A stretch of DNA of 64,000 nucleotides, taken from positions 83,206,001-83,270,000 of the forward strand of contig NC_086097.1 of the NCBI RefSeq assembly GCF_963921235.1, read 5' to 3'. The notes below the pieces were generated by a model. It was given only the letters and a program-made list of their open reading frames with translations, ran no database searches and was not told the DNA's origin. A program made the position numbers and the translations under genes. This DNA is from Mobula hypostoma. Taxonomy: Eukaryota. Below, piece after piece: positions 38,071-49,069 of the stretch (position 1 is the first letter of the stretch; every line of letters begins with the position of its first letter).

Positions 38071-39758
38071 CATGATTCTATTGTTTTGAATAACCAATTC
38101 AAAACTAAGTCACTGAGACTGTCTTGACATGACTTGTTTTTGTTCTTCAATTCACACCAATAGAGGTACTACATCCAGTTGGCTCCATGTGCCCATTATC
38201 CCCAACAACTTATTCTCCATGCGCACCCCCCCCCACCCAGCCTGATCTGGTTCTACCTATCACTTACCATCCCTGTTTTACTCCTGTCATGTTCATATAT
38301 TGACTTTCTTCCCTCTACACTCCCACGCCTAATGCATCTGAAACATCATTCATCCCTATTCATCCACAAATCCTGTTTGACCCATTGAATCACCACCAAA
38401 TTATTATTTTTCTTTTTACTTTGAACAAACTTTTGTAATCATGCCTTGGTGTTTAGTCTAACAAAACCAGCCTGGTAAGAAACAAATAGGACTTTATATT
38501 CTCAAGGCAGCTGAGGTTGAAATTGCATCTTTGTCTCTTGCACTTTCCTTTGACGTGTACAGACGTGAAACAATTAGGAAACACAGCCAGGTACGAGAAA
38601 AGATTTAGACCAGAAATTTCACAGGATATCATTGGCCTTATCAAAAACTCTCCCAAATGCATGATAGTTATTCTTAAAAAGTTGAATTTAAGAAGCTCCT
38701 TAGCACTGAAGCTGACCCAAATAATGGACAGTAATTAAATGCATGCGATTGCTGTCTTCTGGAGATTATATCCCCTTGCTCACTACTCTTCATTGAGAGA
38801 GGATTACGGCAGAAAGGAGCTAGGAAGTTGAGTGATGTGTACATAAGCTTCATCTTTTTGTGTGAGTAGCTTTGCTCAAATAGTTGGGACTTTTTCAAGC
38901 TCTTGGATCATGGGGTAACTAGGTAACTATGTGAACTTTATTTCACCGCTTAAGCAATGAAATACAGTTTCCAGAAAAAAAATGTTTGCTTCCCCCTTTG
39001 GATATTACCCAGGTGAAACAGTTCTGTTTCAATAAACAAGTAAGCACCTGCCAAAATTGCACACACGTTTAGTTTTGGAAATTTAGGAAAACTTAAGATG
39101 GAACAGAATGTCCAACTAGTTTTGTAAATTTGTTCCAGAAATTACTGTTTGCAATAGAATTTCCATGAAAGATTCATTTAACATCATGTCTTGAATTTTA
39201 ATGAGTTAAGTCACTGTAGAGTTGGAACAAAACCAAAGTGGAATTGGCTATAAGTTAGTGTTTCTGTTTAAATGTTGCAAACCTCTAGCTTGGACTATCC
39301 TATAGTAAATCCTATCTATCATCCTATTTAGTTCAGTCAATTTTCATTAGATTACAGACCAGATGAGTGCCTTGGGAAATTATACTACATTGAAAGTGCA
39401 GGCTGTTGTGTTTCTCTCGCATGTTATAGATGAATGTGAAAACTTGCCACTTTGCAGAGTTTTCATGATCTCAAACTATCCCAAGGTGACTCACAGCCAA
39501 TGAAATAGCTGTTGTCCACTCCTTGAACCGATGGAATGAATGTAGCCAATGTGTAAGCAGCAATGCTATAAAGACCTGATGGATGTTTATTGTTTGATAG
39601 GCCAGCTGTCAGGACACCAAGGATAATTCCCTCAAAATAGCCCTGTGGATATTTTGTATCTTTTCATTTAAATTGATCATTTGTAAGATTGAACCTCTAA
39701 CTATATTATATTTGATCGTGTAAGGTTTTATGCTCAAGCCTTTGGAATGCCATTCGAA

Positions 39759-39870
39759 GCAACACACACAAAATGCTGGTGAATGCGGCAAGCCAGACAG
39801 CATCTATAGGAAGAGGTACAGTCGATGTTTCGGGCCGAGACCCTTCGTCAGGACTAACTGAAAGAAGAGA
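39759..39870 (-). mobile_element. Penelope-like 3' fragment with a hammerhead motif (39820-39855)
   Basis: Minus strand AGTCCTGACGAAGGGTCTCGGCCCGAAACATCGACT; same young subfamily as 57771 and 60290. Confidence 0.85.
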
Positions 39871-41940
39871 TCTCCACCACCATTGCCGGCAGCCCATTCC
39901 ATGCACTCACCACTCTCTGAGTAAAAAACTTAGCCCTAACATCTCCTCTGTACCTCCTCCCCAGCACCTTAAAGCTGTGTCCTCTTGTGGCAACCATTTC
40001 AGCTCCCGGGGGGAAAAGCCTCTGACTATCCACACGATCAGTGCTCTCATCATCTTATACACCTCTATCAGGTCACCTGTCATCCTCCGTCACTCCAAGG
40101 AGAAAAGGCCGAGTTCACTCAACCTGTTTTCATAAGGCATGCTCCCCAATCCAGGCAACATCCTTGTAAATCTCCTCTGCACCCTTTCTATGGCTTCCAC
40201 ATCCTTCCCGTATTGAGGCGACCAGAACTGAGCATAGTACTCCAAGTGGGGTCTGACCAGGGTCCTATGTAGCTGCAACATTACCTCTCGGCTCCTAAAT
40301 TCAATTCCACGATTGATGAAGGCCAATACACCGTATGCCTTCTTAACCACAGAATCAACCTGCGCAGCTGCTTTGAGTGTCCTATGGACTCCAACCCCAA
40401 GATCCCTCTGATCCTCCACACTGCCAAGAGTCTTACCATTAATACTATATTCTGCCATCAGAAGTCAGGTCACTCGTCTGAGTGCTACTGGTACCATGTA
40501 ACCCAGTACTACCTGTCGCATGGTCAGGTGGTCGGCGACTAAACTGGCTCCCCCACCAGGCGTGCCTGGTGAGGAGAGTGGCTAGACACCCTGCAGAACA
40601 AAAAACAAGACCTGTCAAAGCGCGAATGAACCCTCTCATAGGGTCAACGGCCATCTAGCAAACATGTGCCGTGAAGCACGGAAAGGGCATCCCTCGCGTC
40701 AAAGCTTGGTCTGGCCATTCACTACAACAGAACTTCCCCCAGCCGTCTTGGACCCCACCATGCCGCTGGATCCAGGAGGGGATGTCGAGAGGGTGGGTCT
40801 GGACCTGTGCAACCCCCTACTCACCTAAAATCCATTCACACACTTGCTGTTCCTTTCTGAGGAGTGGGGTACCCCACTAACTGACTGAAAGGAGCCATCA
40901 TCATCCTATGGGTTGGATAGCCAGAGAGAGAAAGATTCCGCCATCATATTTGACCTACCAAAATGAACCGCTTCACACTTCTCTGGGTTGAACTCCAACT
41001 GCCACTTCTGAGCCCAGTTTTGCATCCTCTCAATGTCCTGCTGTAACCTCTGACAGCCCTCCACACTATCCACAACACCTCCAACCTTTGTGTCATCAGC
41101 AAACTTACTAACCCATCCCTCTACTTCCTCATCCAGGTCATTTATAAAAATCACGAAGAGTTGGGGTCCCAGAACAGATCCCTGAGGCACACCACTGGTC
41201 ACCATCCTCCATGCAGAAAATGACCCATCTACAACCACTCTTTGCCTTCTATGGGCAAGCCAGTTCTGGACCCACAAAGCAATGTCCCCTTGGATCCCAT
41301 GCCTCCTTACTTTCTCAATAAGCCTTGCATGGGGTACCTTATCAAATGCCTTGCTGAAATCCATATACACTACATCTACTGCTCTACCTTCATCAATGTG
41401 TTTAGTCATATCCTCAAAAAATTCAAGCAGGCTCGTAAGGCACGACCTGCCCTTGACAAAGCCATGCTGACTATTCCTAATCATATTATACCTCTCTAAA
41501 TGTTCATAAATCCTGCCTCTCAGGATCTTCTCCATTAACTTACCAACCACTGAAGTAAGACTCACTGGTCTGTAATTTCCTGGGCTATCTCTACCCCCTT
41601 TCATGAATAAAGGAACAATATCCGCAACCCTCCAATCCTCCGTAACCTCTCCTGTCCCCATTGATGATGCAAAGATCATCGCCAGAGGCTCAGCAATCTC
41701 CTCCCTTGCCTCCCACAGTAGTCTGGGTTACATCTCATCCATTCCCAGTGACTTATCCAACTCGCTGCTTTCCAAAAGCTCCAGCATATCCTCTTTCTTA
41801 ATATCTACATGCTCAAGCTTTTCAGTTTGCTGCAAGTCATCACTACAATCACCAAGATCCTTTTTCATAGTGAATACTGAAGTAAAGTATTCATTAAGTA
41901 CCTCTGCTATTTCCTCCGGTTCCATACACACTTTCCCACT
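39871..41940 (-). mobile_element. CR1 LINE ORF2 fragment (RT), interrupted at 40461-40934 and lacking its own 3' tail
   Basis: ORFs 41728-41961, 40906-41679 (NYRPVSLTS, QHGFVKGRSCLT, MDFSKAFDKV, GVPQGSVLGP, FADD) and 40090-40458 (LVRPHLEY..QFWSP). Confidence 0.92.
40461..40934 (+). mobile_element. 474-bp non-coding retroposon, probably RTE-derived and non-autonomous, nested in the CR1
   Basis: 12-bp TSD ATTCTGCCATCA (40449-60) / ATTCCGCCATCA (40935-46); (GA)n tail; the CR1 frame (NMMAEYSING) rejoins once the insert is removed. The RTE assignment is from recalled UTR-like motifs only. Confidence 0.75.
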
Positions 41941-43133
41941 GTGTGCCACATAAGTGTACACTTCGCTAAAAGTAAAACCAAAGAGTACATGTTTATCCTG
42001 ATCTGCCCGTGTTTTTCTTTTGAATAATTTTTGGAGTTACAAAATGTAACAGGAGTAATTAAGGTAATTGTTTTGTGTAGAAAACAGAATCATTGAGTTT
42101 GAATTGATAGATTAAATGGCTTGTTTCTATATAGTAACATTCTGCTGCAACATGTCTCAATACATTATCTACATCTCTATCAATTGATCAAGTAATGCTT
42201 CCAACAGGCTTTGGACCACCTTAACTATTATTAATGATCTAATTGATTCCGGTAGTCAACCACTTGTTGGAGTACCTGAAACAGAAAAGAAAGCTTAAAT
42301 GAATAGTGTTGTCAATTGAATATTCAATATCATACACTCATTAGTGGGAACAGCCTCTTTATATTTCATGTGACCAATGAGGCTTTTGGGGTGTAAATAG
42401 AGTCAAACTCTGTTAATGAAGATGGCATATACTGCTGACTGAACAGATGTTATATGAACTTGAGATATGTACTTTTACACCAGAAAGCCACCATCCTCAG
42501 TCATTCACTTAATTCACTGACTTGGAGTATTGACTTAGGACACTGGGAGCTTAACATATCTAATTGGGAGAACAAAAATGAACTTCAAAGATTCCAGTAG
42601 ACGACATTCCTTGGAGATATCATGCAGATTGTCATCTCTACTTTTTTATAAGAATGAGTCTGCTGCTAAACATGGCAAAGTTGCAGTTCATGTTGTTAAA
42701 TTGGATCCAATGTTCAGACGTCAAAAAATTTGTAAGCTTTCTAGATGACCATTTCCTTAGCATTCAATGCCAGCTAAATTCCACTGCCAGGCTCAGTGAT
42801 TAAATGCAAATTGTTTTGCTCCTGCCTTCAGGCATTTATAGCAGATGATCTTGATAAAAATCCTTCTGAGAGTGCAGCACCAAATTCTGCTATCTTTGTT
42901 CTCCTGCTTCATGGAAATGTATCTAGAGAATGCTATAGTTAACACAATGGATTTAGCCATGTGTCAGAAACCATTCATAAATAGTGAATGTTTGTATTCC
43001 TAACTTTACAATATTTCCTTCACTGTTCACAATCATTCTTGAGGCAATGAGTCCTTCTCAGAGCGCTTTAGATATGGGCAGTTCTTGGGAACAACATGTG
43101 GCAATGAAATCTAAAAAACAATTACAGTATTTA

Positions 43134-44232
43134 CTTCAAAGAATGGGGTTGCCTTCCCTCCGCTATTGATGCTGCACTCATCTGCATCTCCTCCATTCCC
43201 CATACATCCACGCTCACCCCATCTTCCCGGTGCATTAACAGTGAGAGAGTTCTTCTTGTCCTAAAATACACTCCATCAGCCTCCACATTCAACACATCAT
43301 CCTCTGTAACGTCCGCTATCTCCAAAGGGGTCTTACCACTAAACATATCTTTACTTCCACCCTCCCCCGATTTCCACAGGAATCACTTGCTTCACGATTC
43401 CCTTGTCCATTCGTCCCTCCCCACAAATCTCCCTGCTGGCACTTATCCCTGCATGTGGACTAAGAGATATGCATATCCATACACCACCTCCCTCACCTCA
43501 CTTCCATTCAGTGCCCCAAACAGTCTCTTCAGGTGATGCAACAATTCACCTGCAAATTTGCTTGGGTCAACTATTGTGTCTGCTGCTCCTGATGCAGCCC
43601 TCTCCTACACTGGTGGGGCCTGATGTAAATTGGGGGACCACTTTGTCAAGCACCTCCACACTATCAGTCACAGGCGGGACTTCTTGGTGGCCAAGCATTT
43701 AAATTCCCATTCTTGTTCTGACGTGTTGTTCCATGGACTCATCTTGTGCCAAGAGGAGGGCACCCTCAGGGTGGAGGAGCAACACCTTAAATTCTGTCTA
43801 GGTGGTCTCCACCTGATGGCTTGAATATCAATTTCCCCTTCTGGTAAACTAGTTCCCCCTCCCTACCTCCATTTCCCACTCCAGCTTTACATCTTCTCTT
43901 TTGCCTTTTACTTCCCCCAGAGTCCCCTCCTCCTTCTCTTTCTCTATCAGGTCCACTGTCTCCTCTATCAGATACCTTCTTCTCCAGCTCTTGATCTTTC
44001 ACACTCACTTGGCTTCACCTGTCTCCTTACCCTCCCCCCACCTATTTATTCTGGCATCTTCCCCCTTCCTACTCAGTCCTGAAGAAGGGTCTCTGCCTAA
44101 AACGTCAACTGTTTATTCTTTTCCATAGATGCTGCCTGACCTGCTGAGTTCCTCCAGCTTTTTGTGTGTGATGCTTCAGATTTCGATGCTGCCTGGCATA
44201 CTGAGTTCCTCCAGCATTTTGTGTCTGCTGCT
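43134..44232 (+). mobile_element. 5'-truncated Penelope-like element, decayed, with a duplicated 3' end
   Basis: GDHFVKHLHTI...FLVAKHLNSHS...LRVEEQHLKFCLG (GIY-YIG C-terminus); hammerhead remnant at 44074-44111; GATGCTGCCTG...CTGAGTTCCTCCAGC occurs twice. Confidence 0.8.
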
Positions 44233-45484
44233 TTATTTTTCATCTTTTGCAATATTTATATTTGTAATTTATTGTAATTTTTATGCCTTGCATAGTACTG
44301 CGGCTGTAATGTATGTCAGTGATAATAAACCTGATTCTGGTTTTCAAAGGTCAATAGACTTACTAAATTGCTTCCTCTAGACAACAGCTGGCATGCTTGG
44401 CTTATAGTTCATGTAAAACCACAAATCAAAGGCAAAATGTTACATTTAAATGTTTTGCTTGGATGGACATAATAGCTATGGAATCAGATGTGGTTTGGTG
44501 ACTGGAGTTCTGTGTGCAATTATAATTCTGTTCAGAACAGAATTTGGTCAGGGAAGTGTACATTCTATACTAAATAACTTTAAACAGTCGATACAAGAGA
44601 AGTCAGCTGTTGAAGACACACTTAAGCAATGCAGATATTGTGCATGCATGGTTTCCATGCCATCTTTATGTACAAACATACAGGGGTCTCAGGGAACCAG
44701 TTTTGCATGTTAATGCCGGAAAGAAATTTAAATTCTCTTTTCCTCTGCTGGCCAGCACATACAAAATCTTTAAAGAACAAGTAGCCACACATCCTTCAAA
44801 CCTGATCTATATATTCAGAAGCCAATTTTCCAATAAGTTGATCCCTTTTGGTGACATACAGGCACTATTTCCAAGGGATAGCATGGATCTGGAAAGGAGA
44901 AAGGAACATGAACATGGAGATATAGTAATATGGTGACATCAGTGACATGAATGAGATTTAAAAGCACTGGTGTATCACAACACAGAGGCAACCATGAACC
45001 AAAGGTGGCAGTACCATTTTATTTTGCAGAAATTTTTCCTCTTAAAACTGCATTTTGATTAATGTCTTTTGCTGTTGAAAGAAATCGGAATGAATTTATC
45101 ATCGTCCTGAAAATCCACAAAACTCCACAAGAGAGGCTTGTTGCCAGCAGCTTGAAAGATAATACACAAGCATGTTCCTGACTGAATGATTCCAGGTTCT
45201 GCACTGTAATGCACAAGAGACTTGTTTTATTAAAGAAAAAGACTGTTGCCAATTCATATTTCCTTTTGGTTAGGAATTAGTTTTATTTTGCCAAGGAAGC
45301 CACAATTGAACGTCACCTTTCTTTCTCTTCCAGATCTGCTACATTTTTGCTGTGTAGAGAACAGAAGTTCTGTTCCAGGTCACAAGGAACAAACCTGTTA
45401 ACAAATCAAGTGGCAAAATTTTAATCAGTTTAAACCAAAACTGTTCACGCTTCCCACATGTTCATGAGTTGTTATCAGATTGAC

Positions 45485-45830
45485 TTGTGCTTATATTTAT
45501 GCCTTGTGACAATGGGATCCTCCAAATTGCAATATGGCCATTGAAGTACTTTTGAAATGTAGCTATCGTTATAAAGTAGGGGCGATGTATACAAAATTAC
45601 ACACAATAAGAGCTCACAAACTGCAGTAGGATCATGACCAGATCATCTATTTTTGTGAAACTGGTTCAGTAATAAGTATTTTCCAGCTTACCGGAGTGAA
45701 GAGTACCTTTTTATGTCCCTCTAAGAGTTTAAAGCTTCAACCTAAAGATGTCATCTCTAACAGCTGCAGTGCTCCTTCAACACTGCACTTGGGTATCAAC
45801 CCAAATCGTGTGTGCTAGATCCTCACAACT
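45485..45830 (-). mobile_element. Ancient Deu-domain SINE remnant (SacSINE1/AmnSINE1-like)
   Basis: Minus strand GCAGTGTTGAAGGAGCACTGCAGCTGTTAGAGATGACATCTTTAGGTTGAAG and tail CTACATTTCAAAAGTACTTCAATGGC. Weaker copies at about 530-685 (+), 39440-39660 (-) and 54200-54470 (+). Confidence 0.55.
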
Positions 45831-47099
45831 TGCTAGCTTGGAGACTGATATTACAATATGCTATTTGTCTGATGATTTGATTTTTCATGTGTGAGTGGTG
45901 AAATTCATGACCACAAGTGGCATAAAGCGAAGAGCTGGGGTGAAACAACTCTAATAAATGAAGACAGATCTTAGTCCTAGGAAGGTAAAGACTGCACTGT
46001 TTTTTTAAAAAAAATAGTGATGATTAAAATCAATTGCTGTTTTATATTGTTTGAAACACTCTTTGTATTCTGATCTGGCAAAGATTTGAAGTTGGAAAAC
46101 AGGTAAGCCATGTGATCACATGAGGCACATGTTCCTGAGTCCGTCTTGTCAATAAGGGGAATAGGACTGGGAAGCACATTGTACGCACTAAAAAAGGACT
46201 AACCAATAAACTTGTTGTGAAGGTTTGTTGGAGATATGTCTGTTTTTCTTCAAGAAATTGATATCTGAGCTTCTGTTGGATGCTGTCTGTAGGGTATCAA
46301 GAGAGTTTGAGTCTAGAACATTGAAGTTTTCTTCACTAGCCTCCATTTTCTTTAGTACATCATCTGGATAATCTGCTGGAGGTCAAGGGAGATGTGTGAA
46401 ACTTTTAAGGCTGAAAATTTTAATTCCTGAGAAGGTGGTGGTTCCAAATGATGCATGAAGGGAAAAAATATCAATCTTTCATCCATGCTATAATCAAAAA
46501 CAATCTAGCTGTTTTTTTAATCATCTTGGGGTCTTGATCAAGAACCTTCAGCAAGCCCTGCAAAAGTATCACAAAAACTAAGTGTTGACTGCCATAAAAA
46601 AAATTAAAATTAGGTGCAACAGTGCTGCTTTTTGGAATAGCCTAATTCTTGAAATGATGTACCAGCACTATTCTGATTGGAACACGTAGAAAATTTCTAT
46701 GTTCCAAATAGAATAGTGCTTATGATAAGTAAATGAATGGCTTGTAATTTTTTCTTGAGTCTTAGTTAAAAGGAGTTTTTGCCATGAAGTTTCCTCCATA
46801 AAACTTGTATGTTGATCTTCCAAAAACATTTAACAAACTTTTATAATTATTTGTTAAGATTGGTAGCTATGATTTGCAATAACTTATTCAAAAAGTCTTA
46901 CCATCATATCTTTTGAACTTAAGAATAACTATCAAGGGATGTGAGTTTCGTTTTAGGAAAATTTCCTGTAAATTTGAAATATAATCCAATGCACACTTTT
47001 CCCTCCCAGTGTAACAGGTCTTGCCTGACTCTAGTTCAGGATCTTCTAAGAAGGTGAGAGTAAATTGTTTCCTTTGGTAGTTTCCTTTTCTAGACATCA

Positions 47100-48450
47100 G
47101 AAGGACTTGCATTCTTCATATGCTCCTTTGATCTTCCCATTCATCCCTAGTCTGTTGGCACTTTGTCTAACTCCGTGGAAGCAGCTGTTCTTTCCACATA
47201 TGAGGAGTGAATGTCTTTGATTGTGTCATAACTTTGTACATGGGATATTTACTCCTTTTCTCTCTGATGATCAGATCACATCAGTTTATCTCTTGGGTAG
47301 AACTGTGGAGAAATGTGGTTTGAATTGAGGTCTAACAAACACAGCAGTGCAGTGGTGAAGTTCTGCAGGTGCTGGATATCTTGAGCAACACGCACAATGA
47401 TAGAGGAACTTTCAGGCCAGTCATCATCTGTGGAGGGAAATCAAGCCAAGATGTATTGTATTCACCCAGCATTTTGTGTTGTATTGTTTGTTGGTAGGTT
47501 GGTAGGTTATCGCTAGTGGAGATAGCTTGGGAATTATTTGAGGTAGTGTCTAGCTAATGGGGATGCAAGAAGAGTATTCAACGTAAGCTCTTCTGTGACT
47601 ACTCCTTTGAAATGTTTGGCTGCCCAATCAAGAGCACCTAACCAACAAGATTTTACATCCTTATTCAGCCAAATAAGGAACTTGTACAGTACTTTACTCA
47701 GACAGTTTTTGTACCCCAAGTGACAGATTCCTGCAACATCTTAGGTGTGGCATCTCATTTGTTGTCTTAAGTTTTGCTTTGACTTCGAGCTGCAGATAAT
47801 TTCTAGAGATGAAGTGACCCCTGAACTTCAAATTTTCTTCATTCCACTTCAATTGCTTCTGTTTGCATCCACTAATTAGTGCATTTAGTCATGTCCTTTC
47901 TTCTCTGGACCAATATTTTTCATTATTACCCACTGAAGACTTTGAATAGCACATCAACTTCACTCTTTTGGGTGGTATGGTGAACTTTTCTGAAATAATT
48001 TCTGTTGAATGGTGTGCTGAAGCAGTTAAATGTGAATACTTTTCCCCCTCCAGCTCTACATAACAAAGCTCATTCTTTTGCAGATTGAGCTTGTTTAACA
48101 CCACATGCATTATGTTCAACCAGAATTCTGAATCTAGCCCTTTCTGTCTTTGTGCAGCTCTTCTCACCTGCTCACCTGCTCAAAGGCTCTTCGATGTCTC
48201 CTTCATCATGCAAAGCCTATACAAATTTTATTACAATGTAAATAGTGCACACTTTTTCCCATATGCAGGGCATTTCTTTTTCAACTACAGCTGCCATCTA
48301 CAATCCTTTCAAATTATAAGTGGACTTCTCCTTGCTACCTTTTGCCTCATGCTTTACAACATGTAGTTCCCATTATTGGCCATCCAACATTTTTCATCTG
48401 GTTTTGGATAGCTATGCAGTTTTGCGTCACTGTTTTCACTATTCTAGGAT
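47100..48450 (-). mobile_element. Very old Gypsy gag-pol remnant
   Basis: In order on the minus strand: KKCPAYGKKC (gag zinc-knuckle linker), LDSE..NIM (protease-like), TIPPKRV, LKFRGHFIS...EMP and WLNKDVKSCW (RT/connection), NHISPQFYP (integrase-like). Confidence 0.55.
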
Positions 48451-49069
48451 TAATTCTAAGTCACATTTCCTTCAGGGCTAGACTTTCAAATAATCCAAGC
48501 TGATGAACAAGTCCTTCAAATTCGTGAAATTGCAATTATCTGCAACAATTTTAGGTTTGCTTTGAAAGAAGAGAGAAAGGTGCTTCCTAGTTCTGGTTCT
48601 ATGAAAAATAAAGGTTGACGGTCCACCCATTTCATTTTTAGGCATGTTGCAATGTGTTTTTAATGCACATGGTGTATTAGAGTCTCATTTGAGGATTTAC
48701 AGCATGGTACTGATCTGTACCCTTATGACCAATAAAATATTATAATATCTTGATTTTTAGTCTGCTGTGGTTTACATGCCATAGCCAGCTCATAAATTTA
48801 TCTTCATTTTCTCCATTCTCCAAACATGGAACTTGCCAGGAAATTTAGTGATTTGAGTGGTTCTATTTGTTCCACTGTATACTCACACAGCTTCCTATGT
48901 TTCAGTCTATGTTCATGGGATGGGGAGGAGGAGGAGGAGGAAATTACCTGACTTCCTATATTCTTATTAAAGTATTTTAAATATGATATCCACGTTTCAT
49001 CCTTTGGTCAATCTGCACTTCAAGTGCCATGTCCGTATTTTCCCCATTTACTGAAAATAATTTAAATTA

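Noticed and set aside
40520..40592. Canonical HDV-like ribozyme
   Set aside because: GGTG/CACC, GG-P4 and GGCTAG are suggestive, but L3 would be only 3 nt, without the pyrimidines needed for P1.1, and no P1 is evident. Kept only as an unspecified structured-RNA candidate.
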